Assembly (NCBI GenBank): GCA_951406725.2
Contig: OX597843.1
Span: 9,486,001-9,550,000 of the forward strand
Length of the DNA: 64,000 bases
Source: Octopus vulgaris
Lineage: Eukaryota
Reading direction: 5' to 3'
Shown in pieces: positions 25,074-38,336 of the stretch. The notes beneath the pieces are model-generated. The model searched no databases. It saw only the letters and a list, made by a program, of their open reading frames with translations, and had not been told where the DNA came from. Position numbers and translations under genes: made by a program. Within the stretch, counting starts at the first letter, position 1; each line of letters starts with the position of its first letter.

Positions 25074-25253
25074 TGTGTGTGTGTGTGTGTGTCTGTGTGT
25101 GTATGTGTGTGTGTCTGTATGTATGTGTGTGTGTATGTGTGTGTGTCTGTGTGTGTGTGTATGTGTGTGTGTGTGTGTGTGTCTGTGTGTCTGTGTGTGT
25201 GTCTATGTGTGTGTATGTGTGTGTGTGTCTGTGTGTGTGTGTGTGTGTGTGTA
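24883..25253. repeat. Degenerate (GT)n
   Basis: Direct inspection. Confidence 0.95.
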
Positions 25254-25790
25254 TGAACATAATGTGTCTTTGAAATGCCTTTCTATTAATTCCAAACAAG
25301 AAAAACTAATTTAGAATTAGTTTTGAAAGATAGGAGAGAGAGAGAGAGAGAGGAGGAAGTAGAAGAAGAAACAGACAAACACAAATATAAATGGTTAAAA
25401 AAAATACACACATATTGAGAGAGAGAGAGAGAGAGATGAGAGAGAGAGGTAGATGAGAGAGAGAGTGTGTGTTAAGTGATTGCTAACAATACTGCCAAGA
25501 TCAGCATCTTTTTCAAATTCAGAATAACACACTGATTCATCAAGTCTTCCTCCCACCCACCCACCAACCCCTCCACTTCTCCTCCTCCTCCTCACCACCA
25601 CCACCACCACTGGCACCACCGCTGCCGCCACCACCACCACCACCACCACGACAGATTCACACGTTTGTGTCTCTTTGTCTCTCTTTCCTTCTCTCTCTCT
25701 CTCTCTCTGTACGTAGATGTCTGTATGTATCTATATCTCTCTCACCATCTATCTATCTATATATATATGTGTATGTATGTATGATGTAAG

Positions 25791-25827
<37 letters not shown>

Positions 25828-25841
25828 ATGTATGATGTAAG

Positions 25842-25876
<35 letters not shown>

Positions 25877-25890
25877 ATGTATGATGTAAG

Positions 25891-25923
<33 letters not shown>

Positions 25924-26224
25924 ATGTATGCAGTGAGAGAGTTACACATACAGTCTCTCTTTCTCACTCACACACACACACACACACACGGCTGCTGCTT
26001 CAATCAGTTCTTTATTTAACACTTATTGCAGGAAGAAGTTTTTGTGAGTGACAAAGAGAAAGAGAAAGAAAGAAAGAAAGAAAGAGTGAGAGAGAGAGAG
26101 AGACTGAGAGGGGGGCGAGCAGGGTGTTCACAGATCAGCCTCACACCATCGTTATAAACCTCACCGCCACTTCCATACGTCGCCACCATCATCACAACAA
26201 TCTCTCTATCACCATCATCTTTAC

Positions 26225-26269
<45 letters not shown>

Positions 26270-26394
26270 CGTCATCATTAATATCAACAGCCAAACCACA
26301 CATTACTCTGTTGTATGTCAGAGAGAAAGGGGGGGTGATGAGGGGGTAGGAATGAGACACAGAGGAAGGGTTAGAGGCAGATATAGATATAATA

Positions 26395-26478
<84 letters not shown>

Positions 26479-27017
26479 ACAGAAAGAAAGGGAGTTAATT
26501 AGACGGCATTATCAGCTCCTAAATTTGTGTGTGTGTGTGTGTGTGTGTGTGTCTGTGTGTGTGTGTGTGTGCGACTGTGTGTGTGTCTGTGTATGTGTAT
26601 GTGTGCGTGTGTATGTATGTGTGTATGTGCGTATGTATGTATGTGTGTGTGTAACAGTGTGTGCATGTTTGCACATTTGTGTACGTACACACACACACAC
26701 ACACACAGATACACACAGAAACACACACATAAACACACACACACACCATATATAACTAACCTGAATTAGATGATGTCGACTATGAAAGGCTGTGGCTGAG
26801 AGTAGCGAACAGGCTGAAGTAGGGTTTTTTTGTGTGTACGAAGGTATGTGAGAGGCACGGCTGTGTGTCGATGAAGCTTGCTTGCTAACCAAGCGTTCCT
26901 GGGTTCAATCCCATGGCACAGCGTGTTGGACAAGTGCCTTCTGGCATAGCTCTGGGTTGACTAATTCGTTGTGAGTGCAATTGGGTTAGAGGGAAACTGT
27001 TAGGAAGCCATTCACTT

Positions 27018-27051
<34 letters not shown>

Positions 27052-27393
27052 CGTAGAGAGAGAGAGAGAGAGATGTAGACAGACAAATAGATAGATAGAC
27101 AGACAGATAGATAGATAGACAGATAGACAGAGACAGACAGACAGACAGATAGAGAGACCGATAGATAGATAGACAGACAGATAGAAGGACAGACAGAGAC
27201 AGACAGACGTGTTTGCAAATTAAATTTCTTAGCCACACAGACATAGCAACACACACAAACAGTATGCAGACAGACAGACAGGGAAGGAGGGAGGGAGACA
27301 GATAAGTAGATAGATAGATAGACAGATAGATAGACATATATATATATATAGAGAGAGAGAGAGACAGATAGATAAATAGATAGATAGATAGAC

Positions 27394-27440
<47 letters not shown>

Positions 27441-27453
27441 CAGATAGATAGAC

Positions 27454-27524
<71 letters not shown>

Positions 27525-27544
27525 TAGACAGACAGACAGATAGA

Positions 27545-27600
<56 letters not shown>

Positions 27601-27691
27601 TAGATAGACAGATAGACAAACAGACAGACAGACAGACAGATAGATAGATAGACAGACAGACAGATAGACAGACAGACAGACAGACAGATAG

Positions 27692-27764
<73 letters not shown>

Positions 27765-27900
27765 TTGATGAACAGATGAACAGATAGATAGATAGATACA
27801 TGGACAGACAGAAAGATAAATAGAAAGACAGATAGATATGAAGATAGATGGATATATGAAGATGAATAGAAAGAAAGATGGATAGAAAGAGAGATATATA
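27018..27900. repeat. (GACA)n/(GATA)n/(GA)n/(TA)n compound microsatellite
   Basis: Direct inspection. Confidence 0.95.
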
Positions 27901-28254
27901 GGTATAGCATAAGGAAGTAAGCACATGCTAAAGATGCAGATGTGACTAAATTTAAGAAGTTTGATGTCCAACCACATGACTGCGGTTTCAATCCTTCTGC
28001 ACAGCACCTTGGGCAAAAATTTTCCACTATAGCCCTGCAGCCGACCAAAACTTTGCAATTAGATTCAATAGATAGAATCGATCACATTCTCACCTGGAAT
28101 CGATTTTTGTAAGTTTTTCAAGACTTATACACACCCTGATACCGTCGGTATCTACATATCAAATTTGAGCACAATTGGATGGATGATGCCCGAGATCCCA
28201 GAAGACACACACACAGACAGACAGAACAGATTTTATAATATATATATATATAAA

Positions 28255-28480
28255 GGCGGCGAGCTGGCAGAAACGTTAGCACGCCGGGCGAAATGCGTAG
28301 CCGTGTTTCGTCTGCCGTTACGTTCTGGGTTCAAATTCCGCTGAGGTCGGCTTTGCCCTTCATCTGTTCGGGGTCGATAAATTAAGTACCAGCTACGCAC
28401 TGGGGTCAATGTAATCGACTTAATCCCTTTGTCTGTCCTTGTTTGTCCCCTCTGTGTTTAGCCCTTTGTGGGTAGTAAAG

Positions 28481-28485
<5 letters not shown>
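28255..28485 (+). mobile_element. Full-length monomeric SINE family B
   Basis: GGCGGCGAGCTGGCAGAA (A box), GGTTCAAATTCC (B box), central CTTTGCC.TTCATC..TTCGGGGTCGATAAATTAAGTACCAG (resembles Meta-type SINE domain), end AAAGAAATA. Confidence 0.9.
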
Positions 28486-28531
<46 letters not shown>

Positions 28532-28838
28532 TATACACACTGGTAGGTAGGGGGATATAGCTACATAGATACAGATTGAGATCAGATGAGAGAAAGAGAA
28601 TCAGACAGAGATAAAGAAAAGCAGAAACTGTATAGGAGTGTTGGAGAGATTCTTCCCTGATTTCATGTGGGAAGATGTTACATAGTTTTAGAGTGGGCGA
28701 GGATGTGTGAAGCAGAGGACACAGATCACCACCACGCCATATCTCTTTTGAACCAACAACTATCACCCCAATGCACACCTGCCACAATGATATGACAATA
28801 CCACCACTAAAATACTGCCGTCAAAACAGTAACATACC

Positions 28839-29252
28839 TATTTCTTTAGTACCCACAAGGGGCTAAACATAGAGGGGACAGACATAGGTATATGTAGTAT
28901 TAAGTCGATTACATTGACCCCAGTGCGTAACTGGTACTTAATTTATCGACCCCGAAAAGATGAAAGGCAAAGTCGTCCTCGGTGAAATATGAACTCAGAA
29001 AGTAGCAGCAGGCGAAATACATATTTCTTTACTACCCACAAGGGGCTAAACATAGAGGGGACAAACAAGGACAGACATAGGTATTAAATCGATTATATCG
29101 ACCCCAGTGCGTAACTGGTACTTAATTTATCGACCCCGAAAAGATGAAAGGCAAAGTTGATCTCGATTGAATTTGAACTCAGAATGTATTGGCAGACGAA
29201 ATACCGCTAAGCATTTGGCCCATCATGCTAACGCTTCTGCCAGCTCGCCGCC
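28839..29252 (-). mobile_element. SINE B head plus 2 units, 46-bp TSD
   Basis: Direct repeats 28793-28838 and 29255-29300 (1 mismatch); internal junction near 29014-29027. Confidence 0.92.
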
Positions 29253-29351
29253 TTTGACAATACCACCACTAAAATACTGCCGTCAAAATAGTAACATACC
29301 ACTGGTGTACTACTATAGATGACACCATACCACAAGCAATGTAACACTACA

Positions 29352-29825
29352 CATCATCATTTAATGTCCATTCTCCATGCTGGCATGGTTTGGATGGTTT
29401 GACAGGAGCTGACCAGTCAAAGAGCTGCCCAGACTCTATGTCCGTTGTGGCATGGGTTTTTCTACAGCTGGATGCCCTTCCTAATGCCAACCACTTTACA
29501 GAGTGTACTGGGTGCTTTTACGCAGCACTGGCACGGGTGTCTTTACGCGGCACCGGTACAGGTGCTTTTTACGTGGCACCAGCACCCACGAGTCTGGAAG
29601 ATTAGGAATGCCCAGCTGGAGCAGATTGCACGGGATGAGCCTGTAAGCAAGGACAGCCATGCTTTTACTTAGCCTGACATTTCTTCTCAAGCAGAGCAAA
29701 CCGCCAGGAGTCTTGGGCCCCCGTCATGCCCTCTCTGAGGCCCAACACCTTAATATCCTTCCTCACCACTTCATCTCGCATCTTCCAGGGTCTGCCCTTT
29801 TCAAATGTTCCCTCTACAGGGATCA
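29352..29825 (-). mobile_element. Decayed RTE family 1 3' end
   Basis: VEGTFEKGRPWK...DEVVRKDIKVLGL...W, then 3' UTR and (GAT)n tail. Confidence 0.75.
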
Positions 29826-30164
29826 CATTTAACAACACATATACAACAATACCAGCACTACAGTCACCACGATAAGTGAACATTGCATAATGTACTCCTA
29901 GATATACTATGCCTGACAGAGAGACACGATGGTCACACTTGGACCGTATTTAATCATAGGTCTATTGGATTGCAGGTGACCAGAGGCAAAATAACAATGA
30001 GGGAGACAATGAATAATGTAGTACTAGAAACATTAAGACAGGATGGTCACATGTGGATCACATTTAATCATAGGTCTAATGGATAAAAGCTGGACGTTAG
30101 ATACTGTAGTTCTAGATATACTATGCCTGACTGAAAGATAAGATGACCACCACTTCTGATCAGA

Positions 30165-30329
30165 GGCGCAGGAGTGGCTGTGTGGTAAGTAGCTTGCTTA
30201 CCAACCATATGGTTCTGGGTTCAGTCCCACTGCGTGGCATCTTGGGCAAGTGTCTTCTGCTATAGCCTTGGGCTGACCAATGCCTTGTGAGTGGATTTGG
30301 TAGACGGAAACTGAAAGAAGCCTGTCGTG

Positions 30330-30360
<31 letters not shown>

Positions 30361-30558
30361 TTGTCCCCCTAGCATTGCTTGACAACCGATGCTGGTGTGT
30401 TTATGTCCCCGTCACTGAGCGGTTCGGCAAAAGAGACTGATAGAATAAGTACTGGGCTTACAAAGAATAAGTCCCGGGGTCGATTTGCTCGACTAAAGGC
30501 GGTGCTCCAGCATGGCCACAGTCAAATGACTGAAACAAGTAAAAGAGTAAAAAGAGTA
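30165..30558 (+). mobile_element. Full-length SINE A (others: 32129-32547 +, 39323-39693 +, 43406-43769 +, 50320-50714 -, 51838-52461 +, 56282-56681 -, 59648-60045 -, 63783-64000 + partial)
   Basis: GGCGCAGGAGTGGCTGTGTGG...GGTTCAGTCCC...(TA)n(TG)n...GAAACAAGTAAAAGAGTAAAA. Confidence 0.93.
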
Positions 30559-31664
30559 TAGGTCTGCTGGATCAGAATTGGCTCAGGGCTAAATAACAAC
30601 AGGCCTGCTACTCTCCTGTTGATACACTGCATGAGATAAAATTCAAGGACTGGGGTTCAAACCCAGGTTAGGGAACTGCCTCTCTCTTGGGGCCTGGAAA
30701 TAATTCCTGATGCAATGAGCAGCTGCACATAAACAGATATGTATGAGGGAGCTGAGAAGGTCCTGGTTTTGGGTAAAAGAAAATACAGAGGGGTCAGTTT
30801 TTTAAAAAAAAGGCCTACCCCTACAACATACCACTGCTCCATGCTAGAACACATACTGCAAACCACCACTGGAATACACAATTGCTATCACCATACCACC
30901 ACTGTTACAACTATCACCAATACTAGACTCCCCCACTACTGCCACAACTGCACACATCACTGCCACCTTTGTTACCACGACGCAGCACCACAACTGCTGC
31001 TGCAACCACCTCTACTACTACCTATACTATCAGTGCCACAGCCACAACTAACACCACCACTACACACCACAGTTGTTACCACAACCACCATCACCAACAC
31101 CACCACCACTAAACACTGCCGTCATCACTACTACCACCACCACCACTACCACTACACACCTCTGCCAACACCACCACATAATTATCTCTCAGACCTCATT
31201 AAATTAATGAAATCGAAATCATTTTTCTGAACCCTAACAAAATTTTATGAATGAAAATTGAGGGGTGGAGGGGACCAAAGGTGCATGACAGGGGACGCAC
31301 CCACCCCAATCCCCCGTCCCTGAGCCCATGTGATGTCATTGTTTAATTGCTGTGTGTATGCATAGGGGTATGTATCCAGTGCCACCTCTAACTCCTTAGG
31401 GGTTACAAAGGACAAGGTAAGGGGGGGCGACAGGGGGGAAAGGGGACAGAGGTGGAGAGCTTTGGAGAAGATAAAAGAATTGGGAAAGTTAATGGATTGA
31501 GAATAATTAAAGGGGAGGGGCAGAGTAATGAGAGAGGCCTGTTATTGATGTTGTTTAGCCCTAGGTCAGCACCTGATCCAGTAGACTTACGATCAAAGAT
31601 GTATCAGTGGTGACTATGTAGTCTTTAAAGATGATGAGGATGATGATGATGGTGTTATTTTATG

Positions 31665-31960
31665 CGATTAAATAAGTACCAGTTACGCACTGGGGTCGAT
31701 ATAATCGACTTAATCCATTTGTCTGTCCATGTTTGTCCCCTCTATGTTTAGCCCCTTGTGGGCAATAAAAAAATAGGTATTTCGTCTGCCGCTACGTTCT
31801 GAGTTCAAATTCCGCCGAGGTTGACTTTGCCTTTCATCCATTCGGGGTCGATTAAATAAGTACCAGTTACGCACTGGGATCGATGTAATCAACTTAATCC
31901 GTTTGTCTGTCCTTGTTTGCCCCCTCTGTGTTTAGCCCCTTGTGGGTAGTAAAGAAATAG
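31665..31960 (+). mobile_element. SINE B, 5'-truncated multimer (about 1.5 units)
   Basis: Junction AAATAGGTATTTCG at 31771-31784. Confidence 0.88.
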
Positions 31961-32010
31961 GGATTTTATGCTTTAGCAAAACAAACCTGCTTTCATTTAT
32001 TTAATTCAGT

Positions 32011-33153
32011 GTTTAAACTGGCCATATCCGGTTCAAATACTTCAGATGTTACCATATGAAAACTAGCTGGATTTGTCCTCTTACACTTATCCTACAATGC
32101 CATTCTAAAAATAAAACAATTACATCATGGCACAGGAGTGGCTGTGTGGTAAGTAGCTTGCTAACCAACCACATGGTTCCGGGTTCAGTCCCACTGCGTG
32201 GCATCTTGGGCAAGTGTCTTCTGCTATAGCCCCGGGCCGACCAATGCCTTGTGAGTGGATTTGGTAGACGGAAACTGAAAGAAGCCTGTCGTATATATGT
32301 ATATGTATATATATATATATGTGCATGTGTGTGTGTTTGTGTGTCTGTGTTTGTCCCCCTAGCATTGCTTGACAACCGATGCTGGTGTGTTTACGTCCCC
32401 GCCACCTAGCGGTTCGGCAAAAGAGACCGATAGAATAAGTTACTGGGCTTACAAAGAATAAGTCCTGGGGTCGAATTGCTCGACTAAAAGGCGGTGCTCC
32501 AGCATGGCCGCAGTCAAATGACTGAAACAAGTAAAAGAGTAAAGAGTATGGAAATCTCAAAGCTATGAGATAATCCATGATTAACTGAAAACCATGCAAA
32601 TAAACAAGCTTTACTTTTAATTGGCCACATCTGGCCTCTTATACCTTACCCTGTGTAATGTCATTCTAGAAATAAACAGTCACATCATCAAAATCTTGAT
32701 AATCTCTCTCTATATAAACGGCAGTTTGTCTGTGCGTTTTCTGTGTGTCTGTTTGCTTGTACCCTCACCCTGACCACGGCTTTCAACCGATTCTGATGAA
32801 ACTTGACACACACATAGCCCAATGTCATAATTCAAAACTAACGCAGCGAAAATTTTGAAAAGTTCCCCCAGTTCTGAAAAAAAATCGATAAATTCGACAT
32901 GGGGTCGAGAATCAGAAACACAAACCACAGACCGTCTAGGGGACGCAACTCCAAAAAAAATTTACTATCATTTTTTTCCCATTTTTTTTGCTATTTTTTG
33001 GCTATAACTCTCTAAAAATGCTTTATAGTTATTTCCCTTACAAACCTGAGCAACGCCGGGCGATACTGCTAGTCCAAGATAATCCCTGCTTGATTCGAAA
33101 CAAAGTGAATAACTAAGCATTACATTGGAAAGAGTAATCTGAATACTACAGGG
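32011..33153. mobile_element. Two decayed MITE family 1 copies, interrupted by a SINE A and a Helitron
   Basis: Segments align to 22403-22623 on both sides of each insert. Confidence 0.72.
32703..33072 (+). mobile_element. Non-autonomous Helitron
   Basis: A|TCTCTCTCTATATAAA 5' end; 3' hairpin CCTGAGCAACGCCGGG and CTAG|T; no TSD; host MITE resumes afterwards. Confidence 0.82.
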
Positions 33154-33159
33154 TTTTAA

Positions 33160-36100
33160 TCCCTTAGCATTTAAGCCAGTCATATCCAGACCAAATATTC
33201 TACCTGTTTTATATTCATATAGACCAGATCTGGGCCATCACACCTACCCTACAATGTCATTCTAAAAATAAACAATCACATCTTTGAAACCTCAAAAGCT
33301 ATAAGATAATGCATGATTAATTCAAAACAAGGCCAGATCCAGCTTCTCACACCTACCCTACAATGTCATTCTAAAAATAAACAATCCCATCTTTGAAATC
33401 TCAAAGCTATGAGATAATGCAGGATTGATTCAAAACAAGGCCAGATCCAGCCTCTCACACCTACCCTACAATGTCATTCTAAATTAAAACAATCCCATCA
33501 TTTAAATCTCAAAATTATGAGATAATGCATGATTGATTCAAAACAAGGCCAGATCCAGCCTCTCTCACCTACCCTACAAAGTCATTCTAAAAATAAACAA
33601 TCTCATCATTGAAATCTCAAAGCTATGAGATAATGCAGGATTAATTCAAAACAGGGCCAGATCCAGCCTCTCACACCTACCCTACAATGTCATTCTAAAT
33701 TAAAACAATCCCATCATTGAAATCTCAAAATTATGAGATAATGCATGATTGATTCAAAACAAGGCCAGATCCAGCCTCTCACACCTACCCTACAATGTCA
33801 TTCTAAAAATAAACAATCTCATCATTGAAATCTCAAAGCTATGAGATAATGCGGGATTAATTCAAAACAGGGCCAGATCCAGCCTCTCACACCTACCCTA
33901 CAATGTCATTCTAAATTAAAACAATCCCATCATTGAAATCTCAAAATTATGAGATAATGCATGATTGATTCAAAACAAGGCCAGATCCAGCCTCTCACAC
34001 CTACCCTACAAAGTCATTCTAAAAATAAACAATCTCATCATTGAAATCTCAAAGCTATGAGATAATGCATGATTAATTCAAAACAAGGCCAGATCCAGCC
34101 TCTCACACCTACCCTACAAAGTCATTCTAAAAATAAACAATCTCATCATTGAAATCTCAAAGCTATGAGATAATGCATGATTGATTCAAAACAAGGCCAG
34201 ATGCAGCCTCTCACACCTACCCTACAAAGTCATTCTAAAAATAAACAATCACATCATTGAAATCTCAAAGATATGAGATAATGCATGATTAATTCAAAAC
34301 AAGGCCAGATCCAGCCTCTCACACCTACCCTACAATGTCATTCTAAAAATAAACAATCACATCATTGAAATCTCAAAGCTATGAGATAATGCATGATTAA
34401 TTCAAAACAAGGCCAGATCCAGCCTCTCACACCTACCCTACAATGTCATTCTAAAAATAAACAATCACATCATTGAAATCTCAAAGATATGAGATAATGC
34501 ATGATTAATTCAAAACAAGGCCAGATCCAGCCTCTCACACCTACCCTACAAAGTCATTCTAAAAATAAACAATCTCATCATTGAAATCTCAAAGCTATGA
34601 GATAATGCAGGATTAATTCAAAACAGGGCCAGATCCAGCCTCTCACACCTACCCTACAATGTCATTCTAAATTAAAACAATCCCATCATTGAAATCTCAA
34701 AATTATGAGATAATGCAGGATTAATTCAAAACAAGGCCAGATCCAGCCTCTCACACCTACCCTACAAAGTCATTCTAAAAATAAACAATCTCATCATTGA
34801 AATCTCAAAGCTATGAGATAATGCAGGATTAATTCAAAACAGGGCCAGATCCAGCCTCTCACACCTACCCTACAATGTCATTCTAAATTAAAACAATCCC
34901 ATCATTGAAATCTCAAAATTATGAGATAATGCAGGATTAATTCAAAACAAGGCCAGATCCAGCCTCTCACACCTACCCTACAATGTCATTCTAAATTAAA
35001 ACAATCCCATCATTGAAATCTCAAAATTATGAGATAATGCAGGATTAATTCAAAACAAGGCCAGATCCAGCCTCTCACACCTACCCTACAATGTCATTCT
35101 AAATTAAAACAATCCCATCATTGAAATCTCAAAATTATGAGATAATGCAGGATTAATTCAAAACAAGGCCAGATCCAGCCTCTCACACCTACCCTACAAA
35201 GTCATTCTAAAAATAAACAATCACATCATTGAAATCTCAAAGCTATGAGATAATGCAGGATTAATTCAAAACAGGGCCAGATCCAGCCTCTCACACCTAC
35301 CCTACAATGTCATTCTAAATTAAAACAATCCCATCATTGAAATCTCAAAATTATGAGATAATGCAGGATTAATTCAAAACAGGCCAGATCCAGCCTCTCA
35401 CACCTACCCTACAATGTCATTCTAAATTAAAACAATCCCATCATTGAAATCTCAAAATTATGAGATAATGCAGGATTAATTCAAAACAAGTCCAGATCCA
35501 GCCTCTCACACCTACCCTACAATGTCATTCTAAATTAAAACAATCACATCATTGAAATCTCAAAATTATGAGATAATGCATGATTAATTCAAAACAAGGC
35601 CAGATCCAGCCTCTCACACCTACCCTACAATGTCATTCTAAATTAAAACAATCCCATCATTGAAATCTCAAAATTATGAGATAATGCAGGATTAATTCAA
35701 AACAAGGCCAGATCCAGCCTCTCACACCTACCCTACAAAGTCATTCTAAAAATAAACAATCACATCATTGAAATCTCAAAGCTATGAGATAATGCAGGAT
35801 TAATTCAAAACAGGGCCAGATCCAGCCTCTCACACCTACCCTACAATGTCATTCTAAATTAAAACAATCCCATCATTGAAATCTCAAAATTATGAGATAA
35901 TGCAGGATTAATTCAAAACAGGGCCAGATCCAGCCTCTCACACCTACCCTACAATGTCATTCTAAATTAAAACAATCCCATCATTGAAATCTCAAAATTA
36001 TGAGATAATGCAGGATTAATTCAAAACAGGGCCAGATCCAGCCTCTCACACCTACCCTACAATGTCATTCTAAATTAAAACAATCCCATCATTGAAATCT

Positions 36101-37058
36101 CAAAATTATGAGATAATGCAGGATTAATTCAAAACAGGGCCAGATCCAGCCTCTCACACCTACCCTACAATGTCATTCTAAATTAAAACAATCCCATCAT
36201 TGAAATCTCAAAATTATGAGATAATGCAGGATTAATTCAAAACAGGGCCAGATCCAGCCTCTCACACCTACCCTACAATGTCATTCTAAATTAAAACAAT
36301 CCCATCATTGAAATCTCAAAATTATGAGATAATGCAGGATTAATTCAAAACAGGGCCAGATCCAGCCTCTCACACCTACCCTACAATGTCATTCTAAAAT
36401 AAAACAATCCCATCATTGAAATCTCAAAATTATGAGATAATGCATGATTAATTCAAAACAAGGCCAGATCCAGCCTCTCACACCTACACTACAATGTCAT
36501 TCTAAAAATAAACAATCCCATCTTTGAAATCTCAAAGCTATGAGATAATGCAGGATTAATTCAAAACAAGACCAGATCCAGCCTCTCACACCTACCCTAC
36601 AATGTCATTCTAAAAATAAACAATCCCATCATTGAAATCTCAAAATTATGAGATAATGCATGATTAATTCAAAACAAGGCCAGATCCAGCCTCTCACACC
36701 TACCCTACAATGTCATTCTAAAAATAAACAATCACATCATTGAAATCTCAAAGCTATGAGATAATGCAGGATTAATTCAAAACAAGGCCAGATCCAGCCT
36801 CTCACACCTACCCTACAATGTCATTCTAAAAATAAACAATCACATCATTGAAATCTCAAAGCTATGAGATAATGCATGATTAATTCAAAACAAGGCCAGA
36901 TCCAGCCTCTCGCACCTACCCTACAATGTCATTCTAAAAATAAACTATCCCACCCTTGAAACCTAGAAGCGATGAGATTTTGACAACACAGGATTAATTC
37001 AAAACAATGTGAATAAATAAGCAATACGTTTGTCAGATTAATCTGAATGCACAAAGGA
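33160..37058. repeat. MITE family 1 copy carrying about 35 tandem 108-bp units (33222-37007)
   Basis: Period 108 (GGCC at 33331, 33439, 33547 ... 36894); MITE left end TTAA|TCCCTTAGCATTT and right end CAAAGGA|TTAA retained. Confidence 0.95.
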
Positions 37059-37366
37059 TTAAAAGGAGTTATTGATTTAAGAAAAACAGGAGTTTCTTTG
37101 CTAAAACTTTAAATCTTCAAAACAAAATATACACACACACATCATAATGGGTGAATGGTTAAGAAGATCACTGTGTGACAACATGGTTTTGGGTTCAACT
37201 CAACTGTGCAGCACCTTGGCACTATAGTGGAAAATATATTCTCCTATAACCTCAGGGCTAAGCAATGCCTCGAGACTGAATTTGGTGGACAGAAACTGAA
37301 TGGAAGCCCATTGTGTATGTATGTATATGCATTATATATATGTATATATATATATTTATATATATG

Positions 37367-37666
37367 GAGGCGCAATGGCCCAGTGGTTAGGGCAGCAAAC
37401 TCGCGGTCGTAGGATCGCAGTTTCGATTCCCAGACCAGGCGTTGTGTGTGTTTATTGAGCGAAAACACCTAAACCTTCACGAGGCTCCCGCAGGGGGTGG
37501 TTGCGAACCCTGCTGTACTCTTTCGCCGCAAACTTTCTCTCACTCTTTCTTCTGTTGGCCTGCTCGCTTAGCCAGCGGGGTGGCGTCATTCGAAGGCTAA
37601 AACAATGCAAAGCGCATTGTGACCAGCGATGTGTAGCAACATCTGATAGCCTGGTTGGTCACGGTG
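37367..37666 (+). mobile_element. tRNA-headed SINE related to family C with a distinct body and tail
   Basis: GGCGCAATGGCCCAGTGGTTAG...GTTTCGATTCCC; tail GCATTGTGACCAGCGATGTGTAGCAACATCTGA also seen near 19450, 21000, 37890 and 39985. Confidence 0.8.
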
Positions 37667-38286
37667 ATATATATAACTCCATGTCCCCCTACATGGCCTT
37701 GCTTTTTGCTTTTTGAGCCAAAAAATTAACTTAGATTGTGGGTTCCCAGACCAGGTAGTGTGTTGTGTTCTTGAGCAAATTACTTCATTTCACATTGCTC
37801 CAGTCCCCTTTCAATCAAAGGGGGAGTGTTGGCCTGCTTGCCTAGCTAGCAGGGCGGCATCGTTTGATGTCTAAAGTGATGCAAACGCATTAGGACCAGC
37901 ATATGTGTAACAGCATCTGATAGTCACATGATATATGTGTGAGTGTGTGTGTTTGTGCGCGTGTGTGTGTGTGTGTGTGACACTCTGTTGGTTATGACAA
38001 CGAGGGTCCCAGCAGATCTGACCAACAGATCGTGAAATTAACGTGCAAGTGGCTGAACGCTCCACAGACACGTGTACCATTAATGTATTTCTTGGGGAGA
38101 TTCAGGTACCTTTGAATTACAAGTAGAACGGGCTTCTTTCAGTTTCCGTCTACCAAATCCACTCACAAGGCATTGGTTGGCCCGAGGCTATAGTAGAAGA
38201 CACTTGCCCAAGGTGCCACGCAGTGGGACTGAACCCGGAACCATGTGGTTGGTTAGCAAGCTACTTACCACACAGCCACTTCTACG

Positions 38287-38336
<50 letters not shown>

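Noticed and set aside
1950-28058. Long ORFs of up to ~400 aa rich in YI, CV, HT or LS (e.g. 1988-3214, 8764-9741, 27012-28058)
   Set aside because: These are translations of dinucleotide and tetranucleotide microsatellites
30165-30240. tRNA genes at SINE heads
   Set aside because: A and B boxes are present, but there is no complete cloverleaf and each continues into a SINE body
33222-37007. CRISPR-like array
   Set aside because: Units are contiguous 108-bp repeats with no unique spacers, no cas genes, eukaryotic context, and they derive from a MITE interior
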